Of a stretch of 64,000 nucleotides of DNA, positions 12,567 to 27,033 are shown piece by piece (position 1 is the stretch's first letter; each line of letters starts with the position of its first letter). This DNA comes from Eledone cirrhosa (taxonomy: Eukaryota), in assembly GCA_964016885.1 (NCBI GenBank), contig OZ024743.1:348998001-349062000 (forward strand). The letters run 5' to 3'. A model generated the notes under the pieces. That model saw nothing but the letters and a program-made list of their open reading frames with translations. It was not told where the DNA came from and searched no databases. The translations under genes and the position numbers were made by a program.

Positions 12567-14254
12567 ATGAATTCAAACAAAATGAACTCTTCCACACCGA
12601 ACACCACTCACGCCACCACCACCACAACTGAAACTAAAATTAACAATAACAAAAATAACGATAACAACAACAGCAACAATGAAATTAAGAAAACTACCTT
12701 GAGTTTTGACAGAGTAGCAAAAACGTGCGAAGTGATCCAGGTAACTCAGTAGGAATTAGAAGAAGCCAAAATAATTCTAAAGAAAGATGGGTACAGGGTC
12801 AGCCCCCCCCCCCCCCCACACACACACACCTAATAAAATGGAGCATCGTCGCCTATGCACCGTGTCTTATCGGACAATTAACATAAAATCGCGCCGAGTG
12901 GAACGGGCATCCGAGTCCCAAATCCAAAAGTGCTTTGGGACATGTGTGGGCAAATAAAACCCACATCTGACGTGGGCAGAAATATGGAACCGTGGACGTG
13001 GTCTTTGAAACACCACAGTAGGCCAGAGAACACTCCATGGCCCCATTATGAAGTGACGTCTTCACACTCGTCCCAAGCTATTGTGGCCAGAGACTCGTGA
13101 ATTTCAGGGTGACCCACGTTCCACCGGCCATCGAAATTCCCTAGCTAATGGCTGCCGTCCACGCCGGCATCGAGGTCAACACCAAGATAATCGAAATTGC
13201 GAAAGAAAAGCAGGAGAACTGGTCTGGATCTGGGATGGAGCTCCTGATCCAAGCGGACCATATAAGCATTGAGGAGATCCCAGAGGTAATAGACCTCACT
13301 GACGGCAGCCACCTCACGGTAATCGTCGACGGCAGAAGGCCTAGGTGTGTCATTTGTGGTGAAGGAACCCACCTAAGGGCTTTCTCCCCTGAGGCTAAAA
13401 GGTTGCGGTCACCTCTCTTACCCACACCAGTGACTTAACCATCAACACCACCAGCAGCAGAGATGACAGCAACAACTGTAGCACCAACAAGAGAAGCAAC
13501 TGTAACAGCAACAACCGCAGCAACAGTAGCAAAACCAACACCACGACAACTCAACGCGCCAGAACTAGCACCAGCGCCTATACCATCCACCACGCCACAA
13601 CCAAAACCAACGCCTGTGGAGGATTTTCCACTCCCCGGCTTATCGCAACTAGAGACAGATTGTGACGACGAGGAGTGGGAAACGGTATCAGGAAAAAAGA
13701 AAAAAAAAAAAAAGAAAAAATTCTCTTCCTTCCCCCTCCAAAAACAAAATACAGAGTGAGACAAATAAATTATCAAACAAAATGTTAGGACAGTTATGCC
13801 ACCATCCACACCAGCATCACCAACCCCATCACCACAAAACACCAACAACATCACCATCATTAACCCCAACACCACCATCACCAACACCACAAAAGTCACC
13901 AAAAAGCGTAACAGAAACAAACCCACAACAAACGCAAACAAAACAAAACAACCAAAACGATACACACTACACAGCATTACATTTGAACAACATCCAATTA
14001 TTACAGTACATGCAACACAACACCAGCATCACAGAAAAAGACTACACAACAACCCAAAAGTTAACACCACCTCCACACATACAAATCACTCGCATCACAC
14101 AGAAAACGTACACGACACTAAAGCAAAAATTCCCCCAAAGACATCGGAAACTTCCGACAAACACTCTCCAGGAGGATTTATAAGGACATCCTTCCGGAGG
14201 AGGCCACAAGCGGTGAAAAGTATGGAGAAACCATCCTTCCTCTACGAGAAGTAA
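12567..14254 (+). pseudogene. LINE ORF1, disrupted
   Basis: ORF pieces 12567-12752, 13148-13438 (RPRCVICGEGTH), 13463-13759 and 13796-14254. Confidence 0.75.
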
Positions 14255-14293
14255 GGTAAGTGGTCTTTCCCATCTTTTCCACTCTATTTCAAC

Positions 14294-17200
14294 ATGACCT
14301 CACTCAGAATAGGCAGCATAAATTCGCGTGGCTTGGGGTCGTCATGGAAGCAGGGCCACCTGCTCAACCACCTCAGGTCACTAAACATAGATGTAGTGGC
14401 CATCAGCGAGACCAGAATCTCCGAATCCCGGGCCTTCGCACCGATCTTCGGTGGCTACGATGTGTACGCATCTCCCAGCCGTCCTGGATCGGGAGAAGGA
14501 GTTGCTGTGCTTTTTCGGAGAGGTTTGGTTCTCGCCATACGGGCCATCTTCCTGGACCCAGAAGGTAAGTTGGTGGTGCTATACGTGACCAGCGGAGACG
14601 GGCAAGCTTTCACGCTAGTGCCCGTCTATGCCCCGACAGGAGCAGGGCGGCCTGATTTCTTCCGGCGTCTGGAGACCTTTCTTGGAACGTCCCGCTCTTT
14701 AGTGTTAGTGGGCGACTGGAATGGGATCTTAGATGCACGCTGAGACTGTGTGGGATCAGCGGATAGGGGAGGAGGGTGCAAGAGCCTCGCCAACCTGCTC
14801 AGCCGTGTTGAACTGTCTGACAGGTACCGATTGGATTTCCCGAATGTGCCAATATGGACTTGGACAAATCGCATATGGTCATCCAGATCATATCTAGATA
14901 GAATAATTTGTAGGGAAATAGAGAGGTCTAGCATAGGCTGTCCACAATTCAAGATAGTCAGCAACACGGACCACAAATTCGTGATCTGTGTGCTTGACTT
15001 AGATAGGCTTCATAGACGAGGACCCGACTACTGGAAGCTAAACGCGTCCTTACCAGGGCGCAAAGACTACAGAGACCGGATTAGCGAACTAGTTAAGCGG
15101 GCGTTGACGGGGGCCATCGTCAACAACAACTGGTGGTTTGCTCTGAAAAGAGCCATTAGAATAGAGTCCATTAGGTTTAGTAAGGGTTTAGCAATAGAGA
15201 AAAATAGAGCAGAGGGAGAATTAGTTAGAAAATTAGACGAGGCGCTTAGCAAAGGCATCGCGACCGACGTGCTTGCGGCGAAATTGGCCGTTCACCAATT
15301 CTTCATTGCAAAGCACGAAGGCTGCGTTGTCAGAGCTAGGGTGCGTGCTCTCAGACACGAGGGGACGAAAGCCGTTCAATGGGGGCCTGAGTGGCGGAGG
15401 CGCGTCGTGGCAAGAAAGCCACGATCTGGTCTTTGGTGGACCACGATGGGCGCATGCTACTCGATCCCGGGCAAATGTGTTAAGCTTTTCAGCGACACTT
15501 CGCACAGATGTTCGGGGGCAGCGGCGAGCCGGATCGAGGGATAGACTTTAGTGTCTACATTGACGGACTGCCGCGGGTCTCGGCCATTGAGGCGGAGTGT
15601 TGCGAAAAGCCGATAACAGCGGCTGAAGTACGAGAGGCAATGACTGGCTGCACAAGGGGTAAATCGCCTGGTTTGGATGGTCTGCCCTATGAACTTTACG
15701 TACAGATGCCAGACTTGTTCGGAGGCCTCTTGGCGGACGTCTACTGCAACTGGCAACAGAACGGGAGAATTCCCATCTCTGTGAGCCGAGGAGCTGTGGC
15801 GCTGCTGAGTAAGGATCCGAACAAGGGGTATTACATAGATAATATCAGGCCCATAACTCTGCTAAACACAGAGTTAAAGATTTTGACCAAAGTGATAGCA
15901 AAGAGGTTGGCGCTTGTCGTTGGTGGTCTGGTGGGAGAGGCGCAGACATGCGCCATTCCCGACAGATCCTTCCACGACAACCTCCACCTCATGCGATACA
16001 TCGTGGAGAGGGTAGCTAGGGAACCTGGCACGGGTGGGTCCTTAATCAATTTAGATCAGTCGAAAGCTTTCGATAGGATCGAACATCGTTACCTAGCGGC
16101 AGTCCTGAAGGCGGCTGGATTTGGGCCAGTTTTCAGAGGCTGGATCGCTGCCATGCACAGTGACATCTGCTCTGTGGTGAGAGTGAACGGTCACCTTTCG
16201 GAACCGTTTAACATCATGCGCTCCGTCCGCCAAGGATGTCCCCTCTCGTCCCCCTTGTACGTATTGACGCTCGAGCCATTACTGCACAAACTGGAGACGT
16301 TGACGGGGCCCCGCCCGAACTAGGATGCGGAAGATCCGTGTCAGCATATGCGGACGATGTCACCGTGGTGATGTCGAACGCCAAACACATCGAGGCGATC
16401 TGCACTACACTAATAGAATACGAAGCGGTGACAGGAGCAATGATCAACCAGGAAAAGTCAGTGGGCCTGCAGCTCGGCACCTGGAGAGGCAGCTCCGTGC
16501 CGTCCAACACCGTCGTTGGGCGCTGGACGGATGGTCCGGTTAAATTGCTAGGGGTCTGGTTCGGTCCAGACCTCCAGACTGACAAAAACTGGGACGAGGT
16601 GACGAGCAGGGTGGCTTCTCTCACCCAGAAATGGGCGGAGAGGAAGCTATCCCTGAAAAGTCGAGCGGAGGTGGCTAACGCGTACATCGCGTCCGTCATC
16701 TACTACCGCCTGACCGCCGTACCTTGTCCTAAGCCCCCCCTGACTGCGCTGGAGCGTTTGCTCTTTCGCTTTTTGTGGAAGGGCCGCGCTCGGATGGTCA
16801 AGCGGTCCATCTGCTGTCAACTCCCGCTACGTGGAGGGCTGGGAATTGCCGTGGCTGATGATGCGCAGACACGAGCTCAGGCTACGACATCTCCATATCT
16901 TCCTCGACGGTGATCAAGTGTGGTCGCCGTTTGCTAGACACGTCTTTCCGCAGCTCGTTTCCTTGACGGAGCTGCAGTCCTGGGTCAAGCGAAAACCGAG
17001 ATGGAGCGCTTGGAGACTGGAATGTCTTCAGGCGCTCAAAGCCCTAGACCAATCGGGCAATGTGATCGGTGGAAACTCTACCTTGGCATTCTATAGAGGG
17101 TTAGTGGAGTTGAAGAGCGACGACGTACAGGAGAAGCTCTAGGCGTCGACGAAAATCAACTAGCCAATCTCTTCGGAAGGACTTTCGGGCCGAGGCCTAT

Positions 17201-17539
17201 GGACAACTTCCAGAAATCCCTGGCCTGGCAGTGCTACCGAGGAGCTTTGCCAGTTCAGGATAAACTCTACAGGAATGGAGGTGCCGTCAACCGGGCATGT
17301 CCGAGATGCACGCACTCGTCCAGTATTCGAGCATTGCTGACTTGTGGGTTTATGTCGAACACGTGCTGTCGCGTGTAGGACGGATCCAGCTGTCAGCTGA
17401 GTCCATCGTGAGGATTTCCCCGCCCTCTTCCTTTAGCCGGGAAGGGCAGGCAGTTTTTATCTGTCTGGTGGCCATGGCGAAAGAGATAGTATGGTGGACA
17501 GATTTGAAAGGGCTGAATACGACTACTTACCTACTCTGA
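14294..17539 (+). pseudogene. LINE ORF2 (APE + RT), disrupted
   Basis: ORF pieces 14294-14743 (GDWN), 14750-15544 (SYLDR, TDH, YWKLN), 15508-16323 (RT 0-4), 16236-16913 (YADD, KLLGVWF), 16831-17142 and 17297-17539. Confidence 0.92.
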
Positions 17540-17845
17540 GTATGTGTCTGTAAATTAAAGGTGGAAAACTGGGAGAGGGCACTTACCCTGGTGGTCAGGG
17601 TCACTGTGGCTTTTTAATGGGCTTTCTCCAAGAATGTCCCTCGGAAGACTCCCCCCTATTGGGGAATTTTTTCATTGTTCTATTATTACATCCTCTGTTT
17701 CTTGTTTTTTTCACGCAGAAATGCCCATTTGTACAACCCTGTATTGCCCTGTACTGTCCTTAATGTCTACTTTATGTAGAACCTTGTGGTTAATAAAGAA
17801 AGCATTATTATTATTATTATTATTGTTATTATTATTATTATTATA

Positions 17846-18035
17846 GGCGATGGATTGGCAGTATTGGTAGAGGGTCGGACGCCATGCTTTGACGCATAGA
17901 GTTACGGCCCTTGCCTTTCTGAGTTCAAATCCAGCCGAGGTTAACTTTGCCTTTCATCCTTACGAGGTCGATAAAATAAAGTACCAGTAATACACTGGGT
18001 AATTGCTGGCCTTGTGCCTAACGTAGAAACAATTA
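17846..18035 (+). mobile_element. tRNA-derived SINE (Deu/Nin-like central domain)
   Basis: A-box-like ttggcagtattggtag, B-box gagttcaaatcc, core gcctttcatccttacg.ggtcgataaaataaagtaccag, (TTA)n tail. Confidence 0.85.
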
Positions 18036-18039
18036 TTAC

Positions 18040-18077
<38 letters not shown>

Positions 18078-18262
18078 GGGCGGTGGATTGGCAGTATCGG
18101 TAGAGGGTCGGACGCCATGCTTTCCAGCATAGTTACGTCCATTTACGATCTGAGTTCAAATCCCGCCGAGGTTAACTTTGCCTTTCATCCTTACGGGGTC
18201 GATAAAATAAAGTACCAGTAATGCACTGGGTAATTGCTGGCCTTGTGCCTAAAGTAGAAACA

Positions 18263-18265
<3 letters not shown>
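18078..18265 (+). mobile_element. tRNA-derived SINE, tandem second copy
   Basis: Highly similar to 17846-18035 and located in its (TTA)n tail. Confidence 0.85.
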
Positions 18266-18294
<29 letters not shown>

Positions 18295-18296
18295 AT

Positions 18297-18575
18297 CATC
18301 ACGGACTGCACTATGTCTGTGACACTATTCCCCCTAGCCATGAACATGATTACCAAGTCTGCTGAGCCAGAATGCAGAGATCCCCTATCGAAATCCGGAC
18401 AAAACAACCACCCATTAGGGCGTTCATGGATGACCTCACCCTCATGACAGAATCAGCCCCAGGCTGCCAGTGGATTCTGCAGGGACTCGAATAGGTGATG
18501 GAGTGGCCCGGATGCGTTGAAAGACCCGAAACAGCCGATGATACCAGGCACATCACTGAAGATGTGTCCAGATGC
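18297..18575 (+). mobile_element. R2-group (Hero/NeSL-like) LINE RT fragment
   Basis: Translates to QPPIRAFMDDLTLMTESAPGCQWILQGLE*VMEW (FMDD catalytic motif). Confidence 0.7.
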
Positions 18576-18660
18576 ATGTCATAAATGTATGCACACAACT
18601 ACACACACTCACTCACACATACCCCCCCCCCCCCACACACACACATATATATATATATAT

Positions 18661-19307
18661 AGTTTTGCGAGGTGTTTTATATGAAATCGTTTGTCGAAAC
18701 AAATATTGTTATACTTGGGGAGAGTCATATTTGTGTAAATTGCCAGAATTAATAACAGAACACACTCACTGTTTGGTTGGTTTTCGCTTTTCGCTTCTGT
18801 GTCTTTTATATCGGAAAATCTAATTTATTCGGTCCTCAATGTTGTGATTGACTGACCAACGGTCAAAAATCATACAAATACAATATAGACACAAACACAT
18901 ATATATAGTTTATCAAAGTTCGTTCGTTTCACATCTGCAACATCGTCAGTGGTGCTATTGTTTCCACCCGTTGCATTGTATTTTCTACGCCATCTTTATT
19001 TAGTCTCAATAAAGATGGCGTAGAAAATACAATGCAACGGGAGGAAACAATAGCACCACTGACGTGGTTGCAGATGTGCAACGAACGAACTTTGATAGAC
19101 TATATATATATGTGTTTGTGTCTATATTGTATCTGTATTATTTTTGACCGTTGGTCAGTCAATGTCAACATTGAGGACCGAATAAATTAGATTACCGATA
19201 TAAAAGACACAGAAGCGAAAAGCGAAAACCAACCAAACAGTGAGTGTGTTCTGTTATTAATTCTGGCAATATTACACAAATATGACCCTCCCCAAGTATA
19301 ACAATAT
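18661..19307. mobile_element. Palindromic PLE-terminus-like element, family A copy 1
   Basis: ~300-bp inverted arms (18704-18999 / 19007-19306) around a 7-nt loop; left arm has a ~43-nt extra tail; degenerate HHR core on each strand; TA-rich flanks. Confidence 0.8.
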
Positions 19308-19333
19308 ATATATATATACATATATATATACCA

Positions 19334-19392
<59 letters not shown>

Positions 19393-20448
19393 TATATATA
19401 TGTGTGTATGTGTGTGTGTGTGTGTGTGTGTGTATAAATATATATATTGTCAATGTTTTGCAGCTCATACTTAGCAAGCCCTAGGCGAGAGAGGGTGAGC
19501 TAGAGACCCTTCAATAAAACTTATTTGTATATATGTATCTTATTCCCTCTGTAGGCGTAAACAATCCTGGAATGTACTTGTGACATTTACTTTCATAACT
19601 TAGTTTTCGCCTCGTCGTTTCTATTGTAATTATATAACTCTCTTATCTGGAAATCCTGACAACAATCCATTCACCTAAATTCACACAATATAATCAGCTG
19701 CATCTTCTACTGCCAAACCCTATTATTTCTCAATCGAATTGAAGCGACACCAGTATCTCATCTTAATTTCTTTCCTTACAATATTTTCCCCCATATACTA
19801 ACCCGCAACAGTTCATTCCGAATATTAACCCCATTTAGTACCTTACACCTCACCAGGTATTCCTCTAATCTAGATTAAGAGCGCTTCATATATGGAATGG
19901 ACACTCCATACACCCTTTTAGTCAAATGAATAAAGAAAGGACATAGCATTACAATTATCAATGAAGATTTTGTCTGTAAACCCATTAAACGAAGGTTTGA
20001 ACCGGATCTATCAGTCACAGCTATTCGTGGGGAAAAAGAGATAAAAATGCGATATATTGATTGTCTCTGAGATCTTTACACCAACCAATCATTAACAAAT
20101 TAGATTCTTAAAACAACGTTAGGGAAACGAGGCAACTATCGCATCAAAAGATGATAGCAAATGAAAAGAACGTTAAAGGAAAATCACCGGAAACATTGCA
20201 ATGTTGACAGGGGTGATTCAGTTTCTTATAAAGCAACGGTTACAAGAGGGAAATTTTAAAGTCTCATGGTAAACAAACATCAAAAATTACATTTCACGTT
20301 TCATGCTATCACAACGCCAGCAACATGAAAAGACATACAGGATTTTCGGTCTAAGATACGAGTATACATACATGTATGTGACGGTTGTACATCGAATAAT
20401 ATACGATATTTTTACGAATAAACATTTGAAAGTTTCTTCTGCAGTATA

Positions 20449-20622
<174 letters not shown>

Positions 20623-20635
20623 AAAAGAGACATAA

Positions 20636-20768
<133 letters not shown>

Positions 20769-20776
20769 TATATATA

Positions 20777-20855
<79 letters not shown>

Positions 20856-20899
20856 AAGTTAAATAAAAAGTCAAATGTTAAAATTTAGCTTCGTTTATT

Positions 20900-20954
20900 A
20901 CTGCTATATATATTTCAGTGACAGCCATCTTTGGCTGTGACTTGTTCAGGCAGT
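20900..20954 (-). ncRNA. Type I HHR, family B, core-mutated (CTGAACA)
   Basis: Reverse complement actgc-CTGAACA-agtcacagccaaagatggctgtcact-GAAA-tatatata-gcagt; the G8->C change is likely inactivating. Confidence 0.6.
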
Positions 20955-21154
20955 TTGAATTAGTATGGTATAGACAAGTACATATGTTGTTGAGGTGTAT
21001 AATATTATCAATACTCTGATATGCCTAGTTGGGTTGTTATTTCACTGAGGAACTGGAGATATGACTATACGAGTATACATACATGTATGTGACGGTTGTA
21101 CATCGAATAATATACGATATTTTTACGAATAAACATTTGAAAGTTTCTTCTGCA

Positions 21155-21265
<111 letters not shown>

Positions 21266-21276
21266 AAAAGAGACAT

Positions 21277-21352
<76 letters not shown>

Positions 21353-21353
21353 G

Positions 21354-21394
<41 letters not shown>

Positions 21395-21401
21395 GAATAT
21401 A

Positions 21402-21544
<143 letters not shown>

Positions 21545-21588
21545 AAGTTAAATAAAAAGTCAAATGTTAAAATTTAGCTTCGTTTATT

Positions 21589-21643
21589 ACGGCTATATAT
21601 ATTTCAGTGACAGCCATCTTTGGCTGTGACTTCTTCAGGCAGT
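21589..21643 (-). ncRNA. Type I HHR, family B, left arm
   Basis: Reverse complement has CTGAAGA..GAAA-tatatata, with one stem I mismatch. Confidence 0.7.
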
Positions 21644-21864
21644 TTGAATTAGTATGGTATAGACAAGTACATATGTTGTTGAGGTGTATAATATTATCAA
21701 TACTCTGATATGCCTAGTTGGGTTGTTATTTCACTGAGGAACTGGAGATATGACTCCAGTTCCTCAGTGAAAAAACAACCCAAACAGGAACTGGGCATAT
21801 CAGAGTATTGACAATATTATACACCTCAACAACATATGTACTTGTCTATACCATACTAATTCAA

Positions 21865-21919
21865 ACTGCCTGAAGAGGTCACAGCCAAAGATGGCTGTCA
21901 CTGAAATATATATAGCAGT
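21865..21919 (+). ncRNA. Type I HHR, family B, right arm
   Basis: actgc-CTGAAGA-gGTcACAGCCA-aaga-TGGCTGTcACt-GAAA-tatatata-gcagt; perfect 5-bp stem I; predicted cleavage after A21914. Confidence 0.85.
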
Positions 21920-22065
21920 AATAAACGAAGCTAAATTTTAATCCTTTGACTTTTTATGTAACTTTATTTTACACTACTCCGGAGTAACCAAACCAACCTG
22001 CGCACTTCGTCGAGTGTTCCAGCCTGCATCTGAGGTGTTGGTATGCAACCAACATAAACTCAAAA

Positions 22066-22140
<75 letters not shown>

Positions 22141-22150
22141 ATGTCTCTCT

Positions 22151-22833
<683 letters not shown>

Positions 22834-22977
22834 TGTGTGTGTTAATGTCTCTTTTATATTCTATTATAATATACTGCTCGGAAAAATCTCTCCCCTAGAG
22901 CTATTTTATTGTAAGAGACTATTTTGATTTCTATCTCAATATATACCTTTGATATATATATATAAATATATATATAT

Positions 22978-23205
22978 TCCCTCCTCTGTTCAAATTAAAC
23001 CGATTGGCATTCTACTATTCATCTTCCCGGAGTCTAAAAATATATATTACATGTTTCTTTAATTAATAGATATATGCCCGTCCCCTCAATCTACCTTATT
23101 TCCCATCCGTCCGAAACGCTAGGATCCTCTTCCTGCTATATCAAGCGTTAACCTGATATATCTCTTCCATATACTGTACCGTTTGTCTTGTTTTTTCTGT
23201 TTACC

Positions 23206-23285
<80 letters not shown>

Positions 23286-23612
23286 ACACACACACTCACA
23301 CACATATATATATATGAGTGTGTGTGTGTTTGTGTGTTTATGTTTGTGTATGTGTGTGTAAAAGGTAAACAGCAATAACAACGCAATCGGTACAGTATAT
23401 GGAAGTGATATATTAGGTTAACGATTGATATAGCAGGAAGAGGGTCTTAACGTTTCGGACGCTAGTCCTTCATCAGAAGAAAGAATGAGACATAAGATAG
23501 ATTGAGAGGACGGGCATATATATATTAATTAAAAGAAATATGTAATATATATTTTTAGACCCCAGAAAGATGAATAGTAAAATGCCACTCGGTTTGATTT
23601 GAACAGAGGAGG
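22978..23612. mobile_element. Tail-to-tail pair of Neptune-type PLE terminal repeats (family C) around (CA)n/(TG)n
   Basis: 22978-23210 (+) and 23359-23612 (-) are diverged inverted copies; the same sequence ends the PLE remnant at 61250-61420. Confidence 0.75.
23445..23480 (-). ncRNA. Minimal type I HHR, family C
   Basis: Reverse complement tctt-CTGATGA-a-GGAC-tagc-GTCC-GAAA-cg-tt-aaga; palindromic stem III ACGT. Confidence 0.75.
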
Positions 23613-23894
23613 TAAAAAAGCCGTAACTAATTGCCACCAAGCATTCTGTCCGACACCTAAACAATTCTGCCAACACACCGCCCTACTGGAAGAAGCGTAA
23701 GCTCAGTAAACTGGTGAAAACGTAAAGTCAATAATTTTGACATATTACTCAACTTATAATTTAAATTATCGACGCAAGCATGTTGAAAGGCAAAGTTGGC
23801 CTCGGTGGGATTGAACCCAGGAAGCAGATGTTGTAACTAAATACTGCAAAGCATTTTGTCTGATACATAAACAATTCTGTTAATCCTCTAATGC

Positions 23895-24575
23895 ATCCTT
23901 CGGTGAAGGCTGCTGATCATGGATCTTATCCCAGTTGCTAATTGCTCAACTAGAGCAGCGTTTCCAGTGGCAAAACAGATCTATGCATGGATGACAGTCT
24001 CTCTCGCATAGAACACATCTATGTATGGTCGCTTTTCTCTTGGATTTACTGCGCTATTTTCATCGGCCTCGCTTGTCTGCCGCTGCTGTCATCACATAAT
24101 CTTTCTCCGCCTTAAGGCATTGATTCAGGTGGACTTGGTCCCAAATTATTAATCCGGATTCGAGATCCTCTTTCCAAAGGTAGCCAAGGCAGTGCTGTGT
24201 GTATGATGTTTCACAGTATTTTCTACTTCTCGGTGTCCCTAGATTTCGAGATTCAAATCTCCTCGAATTCTACAAGGTCTGGTTGGGGCATATTTGCTGA
24301 CATTGATGCGGGGAAGCCCCTATTTCTTCACTCGATGGAATCTTTTGGGTTTTTACCTGATATTGCAATACACCAAAGAGTGGTTTGTTGCAGTCCGTAT
24401 TGTGGTAAGAGCATGTATGGAGAACGTTTCTGATGGCAGTACGTATGATGAGAATTAGGTCCATTTGATGCCAGTTCTTGGAGGTAACAGTGTGTTGCGA
24501 CTTGGTGCGACAATAGAAGTTGGTGGCATACAGGTTGTGATGGCTTGAGAAGGCCCTGTCTGTTTTCGTTCATAA
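23895..24575 (-). mobile_element. Internally deleted RTE (BovB-like) LINE: APE C-terminus joined to 3' end
   Basis: MNENRQGLL..KNWHQMDLILI..NVLHTCSYHNTDC, then C-terminal RCVLCERDCH..HWKRCS zinc-finger-like end; RT absent. Confidence 0.7.
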
Positions 24576-25110
24576 TAATATTTTCCGAATTAATTTTAAA
24601 ACAATAAACTTTGGGGGATGAGGAAAGTTCTTTATTGGTATTATATTTTATCCACTCCAGGAGGTTGTATACAAATTTACAATATTGATGCGGTTATATT
24701 TCGATAATATAATGTAACTCGGCTGAAATATGCCTAGAGACAGCTTAATTTTGAAGGATTAGATCACTCTGCACTGCTTTTTGAGAAGAATATGTAAAGA
24801 AACAAAAAATCTGCTTCTTCTGCGACGAAGCCACATTTTATTCTATCAAGATGGAAAGATGTCATCTTCCTGGCTCAAACTGAGTCAAACTCTAACTGAA
24901 TATTGATGCTTAATTAGAACGAAACCTTCCGAAGTAAAGAATATTCCCTGAGAGACAACGAATGAGCGCGAAAAAGTCGATTCGAAGAAGCGCGCGAATT
25001 TTTATACGAAGGGTGTCAAATACATTGTAATTGCATTATATTATCTGCAGAAATTGGATCGCGATTGAGTATTACACAACACTCTAATGTTATTATTATT
25101 ACATTTTAAA

Positions 25111-25305
25111 GGGCGGTGGATTGGCAGTATCGGTAGAGGGTCGGATGCCATGCTTTGCAGCAAAAGAGTTACGGCCTTTTATGGTCTGAGTTCAAATCCC
25201 GTCGAGGTTAACTTTACCTTTCATCCTTACGGGGTCGATAAAATAAAGTACCAGTAATACACTGGGATAATTGCAGGTATTGTGCCAAAAGTAGAAACAA
25301 TTATT
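25111..25305 (+). mobile_element. tRNA-derived SINE
   Basis: Full-length homolog of 18078-18265. Confidence 0.85.
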
Positions 25306-25945
25306 ATTTTTTTAATTTAGCTACTTTCTAATGTAAAGTACATATCTATATACAAATATTAACGATAAGTTCCTCATTTCAACTAAATAAATTAGAACTG
25401 ACTTACAAGTTGTACGTATATATTAAACTGGCAAGAAATTTAATTTGTGGTTATTTTAAAACACATTCCATTTTAAACAGTTTGTGCAAACAAGTTTCTA
25501 TTTTTTTTTTTCAAATTGATCCGGCAAGACTACTCATACATAAAGAAAACAACTAAAAACTGTAGGGCAAAAAATACGTTAAATAGTATTTGTGGTAATG
25601 ATTATAGCAATTATAATATTGTATAATAACAATGGTATCTACGTCAACAATACAACAAACAATTATTAATTACAGTTCGTGAACACATGTCAGGTGTTCA
25701 CCAATAGATTCTCTGCAATGAATCTACACTAGAAGTCCTTCAATGAAATACATGAAGCCATTTGTATTCTCTTTGTACTATTTCAGCCTAGGGGTATAGA
25801 TTTCAAAGTTACTGTTTGTGTAGATCTATAATATTACATCCGGCTTGCATACACATGTCAATATATACACACACATATTCAATATATACATATGCATGAG
25901 TTTCACTTTTGCCTCCTTTTCTCTCTCTATCCAAATCTCTCTCTT

Positions 25946-25979
<34 letters not shown>

Positions 25980-26139
25980 AGCGAACGTCTTCACGAACCA
26001 AAGTTTCGTCCTCCCGTTTTCCTACTATTGCAACGTTTTTAGAAATAATTACTTCTGCGTTTACAGATTGATTTTTTAGTTTCAGAAGATCCCGTTAAGG
26101 GTGAAAGCAGCGATTCTTTGCTTAAAATTTAATCTGTTA

Positions 26140-26215
<76 letters not shown>

Positions 26216-26330
26216 TATAAATATATACATATATATAGGAAAATGTTAGACCCCGACGGCAGAGCTCAAGCAAGTTTTGAGAACTCTGGTGCGTTATGGT
26301 CCATCTGCTTCCTTACCACTCTTCCTTCGT

Positions 26331-26361
<31 letters not shown>

Positions 26362-26362
26362 G

Positions 26363-26969
26363 TATAGTTAGAGAAGCAAAAAATTGCTTATTGTGATCCA
26401 GTTTTTGGTTAAGAAAGCCAGTTTCATGGATGGTTTCAACGTACGGTTAGGGGTAACTCCACAAGTTTGTAAGAATTCCGTTCAATCTTGGAGTATAAAG
26501 TATAAAAGAGAAAACACAGGTAAGCATTAAGAGAAGGATTTTATCCAGCTATTTACGACCGTTTCATTGGTAAGTGCAACCTTATATTGCTATACTGCAA
26601 ATAGCAGCCACTCAATTATAATTGTTGTTCACAGTCCAAATTTTCAAAATAGTGAGATACTCTTGAAATAATTCTTAATATATAGAGAAAAACATTTATT
26701 TGGAATTGTATTTACTAGTATATAGAGAGAGGAATCAGGAGGAGAGGGGACAGACGGCATAGTATAGAGAGAGAGGAAGGGGGAGAGGTAGGAAGTAGAA
26801 TGACAAACTGAGATGGGGGGAGGGGTAGAGGTGGAGGGATTTTTTAGTCAGTTCTGATAGCAGACATCATGTCGTGGAGTGTAGTGAGTTAAAGAGAATT
26901 AAATAGATAATAGTGGGAGGGATGGATAGAGAGGGAGAGAGTGAGACAGGGGGGGGGGGATATAAAGAG

Positions 26970-27033
<64 letters not shown>

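Larger units (their letters stand above)
12107..17845 (+). mobile_element. Tx1/L1-clade non-LTR retrotransposon, copy 2 (near full length, decayed)
   Basis: 5' UTR, ORF1, ORF2 (APE-RT with AYADDV at ~16344-16361 and C-terminal CPRC), 3' UTR with AATAAA (~17792) and (TTA)n tail. (TTA)n also lies immediately upstream (12083-12106). The 5' boundary is inferred. Confidence 0.9.

Noticed and set aside
17846-18265. tRNA genes
   Set aside because: A/B boxes are present but there is no cloverleaf; these are multi-copy SINE heads.
19560-20340. Possible highly decayed PLE RT (MRYIDC-like motif near 20047)
   Set aside because: Too degraded to support by eye; needs tblastn or HMM confirmation.
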